A stretch of DNA of 64,000 bases from Neoconidiobolus thromboides FSU 785 (GCA_025603075.1 MU626268.1:62001-126000); one strand, 5' to 3'. Counted from the first letter of the stretch, positions 48,870 to 61,892 are shown. A program made the numbers and translations. Notes: generated from the letters alone by a model not told the origin.

Positions 48870-50669
48870 TATGAATTACTTTATGAGACCGAAAACTTAC
48901 CTCATGGTTGACTATATATATAGTTTTATAAGAACCAATTAGCAAATATTACTTAATATTTGGCTTTTGCCAAGGGTTTAATCTTTTATAAATCAAGTAA
49001 TTAACTTTTCACACTAATGTACTTTAATGTATTATCATTACTATAACTATTAATTCTGCCCTAATCAGTTGAATATTATATAGTTTGGTTTAGTATTGAC
49101 ATAGCTCAAAGTTGATAGTTGCTTCATTAATATAAGAAGTATATGGACTTATAGTTAATGTGCATAATTTAAACTATACAAAATAATATTTAAAAATATT
49201 TAAAATAGTGTCTAGTTTGATCTATAAATACACTCAAATTTTAAGAGTAGCATTTTAATATTACAACATGATAATATATTTGATATATTAAATCAAGCCC
49301 GCTGAAAACATCATCTAGTATGTTAAAATGAATGTTTAAAGACTATATAATATGCTTATTTTAAAGTTGTGTTATATATAGTAAGGGATATTAAAGCAAT
49401 GCTTTTAAATATTAGAATCTAGTCAGAGTATACTGGATTATTTTTAGGTGTGATTATAAATGACTAGGCTTTAGAATAAAGAACAAATTTGGTAAATTTA
49501 TTATCAAATTAAGTGAAAAAACTTATAATCTTTGAAATTATAAAAGTAAATTTGCTAGAATAGGTTTTAATTGGCACTTTTTTAAAATAAAATTTATCCT
49601 TCTATTTTTTTAATATTTTTGTTTTATATTTTTATCCTATAATAAAATAGTTTATATGCATGTTAAATTTTTATGTATATAGTAAATATTTTTGAAGCAT
49701 TTGAATGTATCAAAATATAAATACAAGTTTTACCAGATCTCCTTGTTATTTAGTCTATCAATATTTTTAATTAGATATAATAAAAACCTAAAATTTAGCT
49801 AATACTTTTTTTATTTTTTTATTTTTTTTATATAACAGTTTAAAGTTAATATAAACAGCTGCTATATTAGATTTTACGTCATATGTTTATATAGTATTAT
49901 AACTGATACTACAACACTTTTAAACATAATATGGGCTTATTTCAAAACCAATAAAGTATGGTTACTCCCCTGGTCTATTAACTCCTCATCCCTATCATTC
50001 TTATAAGCTTGAGCCTTTTGTCTCTATTTTTTATTCTTTTACTTCTTAACATTATTAGTTAGATAAAATATTTGGGCTTTTAAGCTTTTAAGAATCTAAA
50101 AAATATCAAAAATGCTTCTTTCAGCTTCGTTTGAATTTTTATAAGGGCTATTTTTAGTTTTAGTAAAGTTGTCACTTTGAAATTCACTTTAAAATTCACT
50201 AAATTAATAATATATATCTTGGTAAATAAACCTTATATACAATAAGTGGGATTTACAATGTTTTAATTATTAAATAAATCAAGTGATGCCCATATAAAGT
50301 TTTTGAAATTACATAAAAGTTCAGTTTTAAATAATAATCTCACGCTTTGATTCAGCCCCCTTTTTAAACGTTATGTAAACAAAATTAAATTTCAATTAAA
50401 TACCAAAATTTTTTATTTAATAAAGAATCAGATGAGAGGATCTAAATATTACAGACAAACATTAAAGGATAGATAGGATAGAGATACAAGTAGCAATTAA
50501 ATAAAAACATTCTTTCGATACTAAAAATTAACAACTTTAACTTTTTTACTTTTCTTTTTTTACCTTAATAATTTACGTATCGATTCTATAAAATTAATTA
50601 TTAGTTACTATAAAAATAAAATAGAGAGTAATATTACTTAATAAATATTTCAAAATAGAATAAAATGGC

Positions 50670-51810
50670 AACATGAGTTGCGTTAACAATAAGCGATAAG
50701 AGTAGGGCCGATTCCTATATGTTTGTACAAAAATCAACCCCATTACTATGAGATGCACAGCGGATTTCTTTAAAACATTCTAAAAATTTATATTAATAAT
50801 TAATATACCACCATATATGAAAAAGAAATAATTACAATAGCTAACTCTTTCCAATTAAATTCTTTTTTAGGTACATGTGCTACATTCAATTCCTTTTGAA
50901 TAACCTCCAACCTTTCATTTAAAGACGCAACTTGAGTTTGAAGTGTTTCAAGTGCATGTTCGGCCTCAGGTGGCAATCTACTTGGATATAATAAATTCCT
51001 ATCCAAATTTTGGTTATCTGGAGGACTATAAAAATTATTTGCACGTACAGTGCAAGTAGACATAGTAGCTCCATCGTCAGATGAATAATCAAGTTCATCA
51101 GAACTAAGGGGATCAAGTGGAGTATCTTCAATTGAATTAACAGAAGGTGTTTTAATAACAGGTATACTATTTTCCATCCATCGATGATTTATGTTCAAAC
51201 TTAAATGAGTTAATGGTGGACTGGTATCATTCATATCTTCTGGGCATGAAAAATAGTCTTCTTGAGAATTAGAACTTTGTGCTGATAATGGAAGTGAACG
51301 AGGTTCAGGAAGCTAAAATTTGAATTAAAATTTAGATTTATTTACTTAAATATAAGTATACTTTAATTTCGCTAATCCTTTTTCCTCTTTCTAAACTTTC
51401 AATTATATCATAAATAAAAGGTCTGTCCGAATACCTTTTTAACAACTAAAACATAGTTAATTGATACGTCGATTTCATTTTATATAACAATCTACCTGTA
51501 ATACAGCTTTATAATATTCTTCTTGTGCTTGAGAAGGAGATAATGATTGCTTTTTAATTTCCGAGTCCCTATAATAAAATAATGAATTTCATGAACATAT
51601 TGATTACTTAAAGTCATACCATGAAGAATTATTATTATTTGTATTATTTATATTATCTGTTTTTGACTGTAATGATTGATTATAGAATATTTGCAACTTT
51701 AACTTCTCTTCAATAGTAGGTTGAAATGGAAGGGGTAGTTGACGCATAACAGTTAAAGCCTGATCGAATCTTTTTTGAGAATGATAATCTTTTGTTAATG
51801 TGACCATCAT
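50670..51810 (-). CDS. Acyl-CoA-binding (ACB) domain protein with a coiled coil, ACBD5/Atg37-like architecture; multi-exon, 3' end uncertain
   Basis: RFDQALTVMRQLP...FQPTIEEKLKLQIFYNQS, SPSQAQEEYYKAVLQ and LLKRYSDRPF exons; ALETLQTQVASLNERLEVIQKEL coiled coil. Confidence 0.65.
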
Positions 51811-53653
51811 TTAGAAGATGAGAATTAGCAAAGCAAAACTTTTAAAGTGAAACTAAGAGAAAAGGATAACAAAGAAATTTAAATTTTTATAAAATAAAGC
51901 TTGGTTTAAAAGATAAATTTAATACTCTTATTATTATAGTGATTGAATTGGTTTTGATTAGAAATTTGGTTGGGTGAAAATCGCTGCATTACAGCCAATT
52001 ATTTTACCATTTTATAACAAACTTACTTTATTTTTTGATGAGAAATATTTTCTACTAATTTCCCTTTAACCAACTAAAATATTATTAAAGGCATCTCAAT
52101 TTTATTATTGGAGTATCGGATGATCCTTTGATTTTATAACTTGTTGTTTCCAACACATGCCTAATTTTATTTTGTACTTAAACCTTTTCAGTTCTCTTTT
52201 TATGCCTTGTATAATAATCTGATTTTTTATCCCCTGAATCCAAAAATATCCCCAGCTATAAGTTATAACTCTGGGGCAAAATAGAAATGGCTTAATGATT
52301 TTAAAATGAACAAAGTTTCATCACAGCCAATCAAAGCTTCAAATTATATTAAATTGTTGGAATTAGCAGTCACTCAAAAGATTGTTTAGCTAACCATTTC
52401 GTTTTAAAACTGAAATTTATTTAAAACGTTTGAAATTTATTCAAAATTAGAGTTATAAATTTAATTATGAAATTAATTGACAAAATGGTATAAACATGGA
52501 TTTTATTAGCCAATAATGAATCATCTATAATATCTTTATTTAAAAATTATAAGCTCATCATTCCATTCTATAACGACATTGATGCCGTTGACTCTTCATC
52601 TCTTTTATTTTATAATTGCCGAAAGAAATGATAACAATTAACTAAAGTTCAGTACTATTAAGTAAATAAAACTTTTATTATCTATATGTTATAAAATTTA
52701 ACAAATTGCCTCAATAAACTACGATTCTTAATTCAACTACACTTCTTAGTTGTTTACTTTCAATATAAATAATACAAATAAAAATATATAGTTGAGCCAT
52801 TTTTTTTATTTTTAAACTTCTGTTTTTTTAAGGTAAAATAACAATTTCTCATACCCTCAATATTAATTTATTTACAATTTAAGCAACTACTTTACCACTA
52901 ATTTTGATTGTTGTGCTTTAATATTTTTTTGCAAATTAAATATTGACTATCAATCTTTGAGTTGCTTTGCTACATGTGGTTTTAAGATTAAAATCAGTTA
53001 AACTGAGTTGATTTAAATATCAAAAAGTTTTTTTTATAACTTTATAATCAAAATAATAACACCAAGAATAATAGCAAAGGATTTAGCTTATATTTCTTTT
53101 ATTGAGTTTAAACTTTGTACTCTAATTTTTAATATTTAAAATGGATTGCATTTATAGTGCGTTAAAAAAATGCTCAGAGCCTTCATTTTAGAAGCAAAGA
53201 AGTAAACCTACTTTTAAAGCATTAAATTTCTCATCCCTTAATCTTCATTATATCTCAGTCTATTCATTTTATTGATGAAGTTTTATTTATGCACTTAGAT
53301 TTATTGCCCCTTATTGAAATTTATCTACATGAGTTTAAAAACTTAAACTATAAAAAAAACTCCAATTTAGTTTTGTTCAAATTCGAAAAATTCAATTGCT
53401 TCAATTTTAAATAGATAAGTGTGAATTTTTAATACATGGAGCCTTTTTTAAAATTCTTGAGGCCCTTTTGGACAAGTGGATTAATACCTTTTGTATATTC
53501 AATAGCAATTAAACATTACTATAAGAGTGTCAATAAGTTTCAAAGCCTGATTAATCGTCTATGAAATCCATCAGTTCAATTTAGGTATAGGTAATAAAGT
53601 TCCTTGTTCATTATAAAATCAATCTAAGCGTAGTATTTTTCATAATGTTATAT

Positions 53654-53749
53654 TGAATGTATTTTTGTATTCAAGAATTTTACTAACAATTTTTTGATCA
53701 AATAGCGCTCAAAAGATGGAAAAAATGCTGAAGCTAAAAAAACATCCCC
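53654..53749 (+). mobile_element. MITE copy 18
   Basis: TSD ATAT/ATAT; left G-run lost. Confidence 0.88.
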
Positions 53750-54281
53750 ATATAATAAATCAAAATACCAGAAAATTAATGCTAAGCTTAAACAACTCAT
53801 TTAAAATGTTGCATTTTATACTTGGTATTCTATGTCATGAGTTAATAAATAGGTTTTAAATAGATATCAGATATAAGAAATAAAATGTAACTATATAATA
53901 TTTTCAATTTTAAAATTTTATATAGCATTCAAACTTTTATTTCTTTTTAATTTATTTAGTTTGATTAAAGTGTTTAATTGTATAAAAAGTATAGTATTTT
54001 TTTCCAACAAAAGTATACCAAAATCTTTAATAATAAAATTTACAGAACTAAGATATTAAAATTGATAAAAAAACCTAGATTATTATAATTTATATTATCC
54101 ACTTCTATTAAGTCAACTTTAACAGATTTATTAAATATAATAAACACAAAGTTAAACCACAAGAAACTATGCCAAGGTTTAAAAAATAATACTAATTTTA
54201 GAAAATATTCATCTCATTGTGGATCCTTTTTTCTAGAGTATAAAAACTCAAGTTTATTATTCAAAGTCTTAAAAAATAAAA

Positions 54282-55750
54282 ATGATATCTCTTTTATTAT
54301 TTATAGTCATAATATTAATTAGTTTAATTTATCTTGGTAATAAACTATTAAATGAAGCTGCTTTTTCACCATGGTACTATCGATATTTTAATCTATGGAA
54401 ACCAAAATACCCTATTCATGGTCAATGTGAAGAGGAGTATAAGGAAGTTAAAGAAGTATTTAGAAACAGTTTTGAACGTGGTATAGAAGTTGGTGCTTCC
54501 GTAGCAGTTTATAACAAAGGAAAACTAGTGGTAGAACTTTATGGCGGTTATCAAGATTATGAAAATAAGGAATTATTTAATGAAACTACATTAACGATAG
54601 TATTTTCAAGTTCTAAATTTATGGTAAGACTTTTTAACTTTAATAGTGGTTTTTATATAATGAATTTGAATTAATGTTATTGAATTAGGCCAGTGCTGTT
54701 ATTGCTAAATTAGTAGATCAAGGGTTACTTGCTTATAATGAAAAAATATGTACATATTGGCCGGAATTTAGTAACGGTGGTAAAGAAGAAGTAACCTTAA
54801 CCGATTTATTACGTCATGAAGGTGGATTACCATATTTATTAGATCCAGAGCCAGCATATGAAGATGTTTATGATAGTAAAAGAATGAAAAAAATTATTGA
54901 AAATACGACACATGTTTATAATGGAAAAAGAGTACGTTGTTATCATGGAATAACCCGAGGATTAATTTTAAATGAACTTGTTAAATTAGTCGATAAAAAA
55001 GGACGTAGCATTGGACAATTATTTAAAGAAGAGATTAATCCAAAGTATAATATAGAATTTTATTTAGGTTTAGAAAAAGAATATGAAAACCGTAAAGCTA
55101 AATGGTATAATTATCCTACATTAGATGCTTTGACTTTGTTTTTACCTAAGTGGTTAATTGGTAGAAAAGCAGTTAGATTAAATAGAGATACTTTAAAAAG
55201 AGATTCTAATTTAATGAAACTGATGAAATTAAAACTATCTAATGAAAAGGATCTTCCAAATGCTAAAGATATGCTTACAATTGAAATCCCAAGTGTTAAT
55301 GGTCATACTAATGCAAAATCAGTAAGTTGATTTTTAATGCTACATTAGTTTTTTACTGACTAAATCGAATTTTATTAGTTAGCTAAAATAGGTAGCTATT
55401 TTGCAAACAATGGCAGTGTCAATTGTAAAACTTATTTAAGTGAATACACAACTACAGAATCAATAGGTGAAGTAGTTGAAGCATATGATGAAGCTATCTT
55501 ATTAAAGACTGAAATGACTAAAGGCGGCTTTGGAATATTTAAATATAAAGAACTTGAAGAATATTCCAATGTATCCTTTTATGGTTGGGGTGGTATGGGC
55601 GGTAGTTTGATTTTATTTTCTCCAGAATATCAATTCTCATTTGCCTATGTTATGAATGCTCAACATTTAGTTTTGATGAGTGAAGGTAGAGCAGTGGATT
55701 TATTAGTTACTGCTTTTAAAGCTCATGTAAAGACATTAACTAAGAATTAA
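54282..55750 (+). CDS. Beta-lactamase-family (SxxK) serine hydrolase with an N-terminal membrane anchor, 3 exons
   Basis: GASVAVYNKGKLVVELYGG, VFSSSK (SxxK), YWPEFSNGGKEEVTLTDLLRHEGGL, YHGITRG and GWGGMGGS. Introns about 54624-54688 and 55323-55378. Confidence 0.88.
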
Positions 55751-56201
55751 TTTATTTATTTGTTTTAATAATAAATTGTTTCAATGTTTTTAATACTTTA
55801 ACTTATATTATTATTGAAATAGACTTATAATAATAATTGACCAACTTAAAGTTAGTATAAACTTCCAGTAATATGTAATGATAATATAATTCAGGTTAGT
55901 ATATTAATAATTAGCTTTATTTTCACATGCCAATTGCATCATTCTATTGATTTAAAAGGAAGAAACTTATACTAAATGGTAAACTATATCTAATCCAATT
56001 TTAATGTATTAAATATCAAGGGTAGCTCTAGTAATATTTAACATACAATTATTATATCAAAAAAATATTCAAAAAACAAAAACTATAAGAGACTATATAA
56101 AAAAGGATTAAACAGGCTTTTAGGGGGTTTTAATAGCTTATAATACTACTGTTTAACATTGAAACTTAGAATATCAAATTCGAAATATAAAAAGTACATA
56201 T

Positions 56202-56294
56202 ATGTTTTTTGGTTTCATCGCTTTTTCTGTTTTTTTAAGTACTATTTGAGTGGAAAATTCTTAGTAAAATTCTCAAACACAAAAATACATCCCT
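56202..56294 (-). mobile_element. MITE copy 19, one end eroded
   Basis: Family body; ATAT on both sides. Confidence 0.85.
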
Positions 56295-56936
56295 ATATAT
56301 TAATATATTAAGCATATCATGTTTTGGGTTAACCTTATTGAATATTCAGATTGATCTGTAAATAGTATAAATCAAACGAGTGACTATAATTTTGAATAAA
56401 TGCTAACAAACTATGTAATATATTTAATCATTATTTAGATTTAATTCTATACTTTATTGTTTAATTAACATCATTAAAAAATACATTGACTAGTACCAAA
56501 AAACAAGACAAATCAAACATAGGGATTATAAGTAATAAATCAACACAATAATTATAAAACTGTTTATTTATAAAAAAATGACAATTAAAATAAAAAAGCC
56601 AAGACCAAGATCTTCTTTTGCTATCTTAGCATAATAAGTAGATTTTCAAAATACAGATTTTCTTTTGCTATCTGGCTATAAATAATGGAATTTTAGAGTA
56701 TATTGTATGCTTTTCCTAGTAATAAAAAAATAAACCAGGTTTTTTTCTTGGGGAAGGCGAGCTTGTATAAAACATAATCATTGAAGGTTATCGGATTATC
56801 AATATATTGTATCAACTAATAAGTGGTATGACCAAATGCTACAGCAAAAGTAGTAAAAAGCATATTAGAATGTATCAAATAGATCAAAAGTGTCAAAAAG
56901 CCTAGTTTAAGCGCCAAAGGAAGCTAGTCAAACTCC

Positions 56937-57200
56937 AGAAGTTATTAAAAAGTGTCAGTGACCAAAAGAAGCATCAAATAATTACAGTTATATTGTATAC
57001 TTAAATAATGAGAGCTAAATGACAGAAGTTATTAAATACAAGCGATCAAAAAAAGCATCAAAAAATTTGTAATACTACCAAAGCGACCTAAATAGCAAAA
57101 GATTAAAATCCAAGAAGTTATTAAAGAATACTAGAGTAACCAGTAAAGCATTAAACAGCTTATAGTATTACTCAAGCGCCTCAGGCAGTAGAAGAAGAAC
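56937..57200 (+). repeat. Three degenerate ~88-bp tandem units
   Basis: AGAAGTTATTAAA at about 56937, 57024 and 57113, each followed about 30 bp later by AAGCAT(C/T)AAA. Confidence 0.6.
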
Positions 57201-57801
57201 AAATACTGAGTTACCAAGCAACAGAAAGTCAAAAGTCCGTCATAGGGGAGAATTGAAAAACAAAAGTTTTTAATTCCAATAGGTTGAAAAAAATCCTCCT
57301 TTATATACTTTTTTTACTGTGCTTATAAAAAGTAAAACGGATTTTAGTAAGTTGTGTTATCTATGAACCCAACACTTAATTATTATTATTTTATAATTAT
57401 ATGTAGTTAAAAACGTTTTATGTGTGAAAATTGCTATTTATATTATAAATCAAATAGGTATATGTGTAATGTTTTAATTCATGTGGTCGTCCTTATATTT
57501 TACTCTTGTTTTTTGTATTATGCTTCCTTATATTTAGGTTAAAAATAAATATCGTTATCTTTTATCATTCTTTATTAACCAATAATGTATTCTATTCTAT
57601 ATAATATCATGTTTTAAATATAAAATAATAAAGGGATGCATTAATATAAATATTGAACTAGTATCATGATAAAATACACGAACTAAGTAGAGCGTTGTTT
57701 TCTGCTTATTCAATAAATTTTGAACAATTATCATGAGTTATAAGAAAGTTACCACTTTTGAAACAACGCTAATCTTAAGTTTTAAGAATTATAATATAAT
57801 A

Positions 57802-57890
57802 ATGTTTTTTTTAGTTTCACTACTTTTTCCATTTTTTGAGTGTTATTTGAGCGGAAATTTTATCAGCAAAATTCTTAAAAAAATATCCCC
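57802..57890 (-). mobile_element. MITE copy 20, degraded
   Basis: Family body; TSD unclear. Confidence 0.8.
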
Positions 57891-57937
57891 TATTTTGAAA
57901 CTTTAGATTGATTCAAACAAGATTATAGAATATGAAT

Positions 57938-58032
57938 GGGGATCTATTTTTTTGTTTAAAAATTTCGCTATCAATCTTTCCATTCAAATAATGCTCAAGA
58001 AATGGAAAAAGTGATGAAATGAAAACATCCTC
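57938..58032 (+). mobile_element. MITE copy 21
   Basis: TSD GAAT/GAAT. Confidence 0.9.
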
Positions 58033-58085
58033 GAATATTAAAATCATTGACCCTTAATATACTATCTTTTGAATAAATAACGTAT

Positions 58086-58183
58086 GGGAATGTATTTTTG
58101 TGTTTAAGAATTTTGCTAACAAATTTTCCGCTCAAATAGTGCTTAAAAAATGGAAAAAGTAATGAAGTCAAAAAAACACCCCC
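58086..58183 (+). mobile_element. MITE copy 22
   Basis: Flanks GTAT/ATAT. Confidence 0.9.
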
Positions 58184-59769
58184 ATATTTTAACTAAGAAA
58201 TTTGCGTACTTTTATAATTATCATTTAATTTACTTTATTACAATATTGTATTCATCAATAGAAAGGTTAGAAAGCTTTATAAATATCACACAGTAATATT
58301 TTTTATTGAGATTATTACATCATTTTAAGGGATGATTATTGCTTTTAAGAAGATTTTTTGAAAATATTAATATATAAAATATGTTATAATATAAAAAACG
58401 GTCTTATTAAATATATATCAGTTTTATTTAAATCATATAATTCTAAAAAACGATATTACATCATCTGATATCAAATAAGGTTAATCAACTTTTACTATTA
58501 TTTTTTATGTGATGCTGTGTTATCAATAGCTTTGTGAACCTTGTTTTACAATTTGTAACCAATTTCGTATTATAATAAAACAATCATAATGATAAAGTTA
58601 ACTATTTGGATAAAGTTAAGGTTAGATATAAAAACAATTGTATACTGTATTAAGAACGCTAAACTTTAATGAAGCTTTGATAAATTAAGTTATTACTAAA
58701 GTTTTAGCTAAGGTGTAATTTATATAGCTACTCAAAGCTCTCTACACCATTTAACAAAAACTAAAGTAGTTATTATTTCTAGTTGTAATTTGATTGTTTT
58801 TATTAGTTATTTTAATGATAATAGTGTGATAAAGTTACTAAGCTAAAAGCAAATAGGAGGTTTGAACTAATATATTATTTATTAATAGATTAAAGAGACT
58901 ATAAACATCAGCAGGTATATGCTTGTAATTTTTTATATTTTAAGTGCATTTTTTCAAACAAAAGTAATATGTTTATTTCAGAATTAATAGAATATAATAT
59001 GTAATTTTAGTGGAAGATGAGCGAAGGTGAGTATCTAGGGACATCGAGCAAGAAGAACAAGGCATTTATCCATTTGGTACTACTTTTAAGTACTAGCACA
59101 ATTCTAATAGCGTGAGTGCTCTCTTTTAGAATAAAGGATTTTCACTCAAGGAAAATGAAACCCAGAGGAAAAAAGGGAAAGGACAGCTTTGAAATTAATA
59201 TTGCAGAAATTTATATGAAAAATCTAAACAGCTGAAGATAAGAAGAGAGGATGAACACAATCCATTTGATCTTGCAAGGGTTTAGTGACAAAGTTAAAGT
59301 CTAGAATCAAGAACAATGAAATAGATGGAGGGCCTTTCAGAAAGACAGATGCGCACATTAACCAAACATTTTTTGTTTTTTGTCTTCATTTAGTAAGGTA
59401 TTTCCAATCTTCCCATTTGATTGATATCCATGTGTATTCACTTATATTTACTATATTTATAAAAAAACTACTCATAAAAAATGATTTCGGTAAATATAAA
59501 AAACATTATATAATTATAGTTTATAAAAAAGGGAAATGTCATACGTGATAAGGACGTTTATTAAGTTTAGCACCTTGTTAATAACAGTATTGAGTATATC
59601 ATGACCAATTAGTTATATACCAATTATAGTTCAAACCCTGCTGTATAAAATAGGTAATTAAAATACTATGCATTATTTAAACTACTATTACCACAAAATA
59701 ATAAATGTAATAATTAAGGCATTTGTAGATTAATAACAAGATCAAAATAAGTATACAAATTAATCAAAC

Positions 59770-60650
59770 TCCCCAGTATGTCAATCAAGCAAAGATAAGC
59801 TTCAGGTATTCAACATTAGGCTAAGATACATAAGAATAAGCACCTTCTATATAGTTAATAGTTAATAGTCAAGAAGGAAAATTAAAGTGTAAAACATATT
59901 GTCAATTAAAAGATGTTCTAATATCCACACTTTTTAATACTTTTACTTTATTTGTTAATATTTATACTTTGACTTAAAAAATAAGTGAGAGAGTATGAAT
60001 AAATTAATAAAAGAAGGCAAAGTTAAATACCTCAAATTATTTGAAGGTGATGAAGAAGTGTTAAAAAAAGTTCCTGAAATTTATCCTATTCTTATAGTAC
60101 AATTAGCTTTAATTCAAAATTAATAGGAAATGTTGTTGAGAAAAATGGACTATCAGATCTACATAAAGAGTTAGTGGTAACCATCATAACTTAGTATTAA
60201 GTTAAAGCTTATTGATAAGAAATTAAATAAAAATGATTTAAGGTTTATACATTATTTACGTTATATCAAATATGACTTGAATTTAATTTTTAAATTTTCA
60301 AAAAACTTCAACATATAGCCAATTGAATAAATATAAGAGCTTCTTAACTATGCTTACCTTAAGCTATGAGGTAGGTAAAATTAGATTATTTACTGATGCT
60401 TTGACTCATACATCAGTTCGGATATCTTATATCAGATGTTAAACAACCAGACAATCTCTACATATAAATCATTCAAAGTTATATTACAAAATCAAATCAT
60501 CTATAAATCCTATAAAAAAAATAAGAATAATTACAAACTCATTAATCCAGAACGAACTTAATTTAGCGGCCAAATAAAAAATACCAAGAAAAAAAAATAG
60601 AGCTGGATTCTAAGCTTAATCCATTATTACATTGGACCCAGTATTTATTA
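59770..60650 (+). pseudogene. Aldo-keto reductase pseudogene
   Basis: MNKLIKEGKVKYLKLFE...YPILIVQ and VEKNGLSDLHKELVVTIIT* resemble the AKR consensus L.KEGKV+YLGLSE...HPI.A.Q and NG+L...+ELG+.+VAY. Several stops; boundaries approximate. Confidence 0.55.
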
Positions 60651-60734
60651 TCATTTTTAAATTTAGACTTTAGATTATAAAAATTAGAACATTCAAATTT
60701 AATTAATGTTTATTTTTTATTACTTTTCTTTAAA

Positions 60735-61668
60735 ATGAAGACGTTGAATTTCTATTATCTTAATACTACAATCAATATCTCCATATCTATTTTATTGATT
60801 ATAAATGCACTTATTTTATTCAATATAGCTATTGATAATGATAGAAGTTATGAGAACAAAATCCATAGTATTATTATAGCTTTGTTTAGGCTGTAAGTAG
60901 AATCTAATTTAATCAATTGAATATTTATTAACAGTATAGTATATGTGCCGTAACTATTACAGTCTCTGAATTTACTAAGTTGCACCCTTTTTATTTAGAA
61001 TATTTGTATAGCTTTATGCATCCTATTGGAAGAACTTTAAGTAATTATAATAGCTATATAGTTTTTGATTTTATTAACAATTGATTTCTTTAGTTTATTT
61101 AGTGTAAGTTTTAATCCTAAGTTTACATTAGTCGAAATACATTAATCAAATACATAGCTTTGCCATCATATGTTTTAGTTATAGTTGGTGGGGGATAACA
61201 AGCACTTGTAGTATTGCAGTATTAGCGATGACTACTTTATTATTAAATTATAATAAAGGATATAATAAATCACCATATATAAGCAATAAAGCAATAAAAC
61301 AAAAATTAAATTTGAATAATGAATCTACAATTAATCACTCATCGAATAACAGTAGAAGTAACTCAAACATCGATTGGAATAATGATATTACCCCAACTAA
61401 TACTATAACAAACGATGATTTAGGTAGTAATGGAATTAACAGTACACAAGTTAATATTATTGGTAATATAGATTTTGAAAATATTGAGTTGCCTGAATAC
61501 AATAGCATTACTTTTCCAACCCCAGCTGCACATAGCTCTTCAATTACTTTTATTGATTCGGTGCCTAGTGCCCCTACCTCTTCAATTACACCTATCCCTT
61601 CAGCACTAAATAGTTTATCGTATATTGATTCAAAGCAAAGTAACAATTCTAAAAGTTCCAATTTTTAG
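60735..61668 (+). CDS. TVP15/COPI-associated-like membrane protein with 3 introns (259 aa, Asn/Ser-rich tail)
   Basis: Exons 60735-60892, 60940-61040, 61094-61103 and 61158-61668 total 780 nt with GT-AG junctions. The translation aligns nearly gap-free with the intronless copies: HSIIIALFRLICAVTITVSEFTKLHPFYLEYLYSFMHPIGRTLIYLVFAIICFSYSWWGI vs HGIVLSILRYFLAHFVLVSEIPLIKPFYLKHFRFYMFPLGRSLMYAFLSISSFSLIWYGI. Confidence 0.8.
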
Positions 61669-61892
61669 ATTTATAGCACTTGCTATGTTTAATAAAAGGA
61701 TCAGAATGTTATAGATAAATAAATAATATTAATATTATTTCCCAAGCTTTATAAAATGATTTGAATTTGTTAGTTTTTATAGCTTTGAATAATAGCCTTT
61801 CATTTTGAACTTTCAAATATTTTTATTTATTTAGTAATGATAAATTTTAGTATTAAATAATTATATTGTAAGCATTTAATAAATGAAGATAT

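Noticed and set aside
56937-57200. CRISPR-like repeat-spacer array
   Set aside because: Eukaryotic context, only about 13 bp conserved, three units, bodies partly homologous to each other, and no cas genes.
59285-59548. Short ORFs with no features (8480-8737, 9712-9903, 20966-21148, 35361-35561, 59285-59548)
   Set aside because: No homology or splice support; several start at non-ATG codons. Expected by chance or part of decayed sequence.
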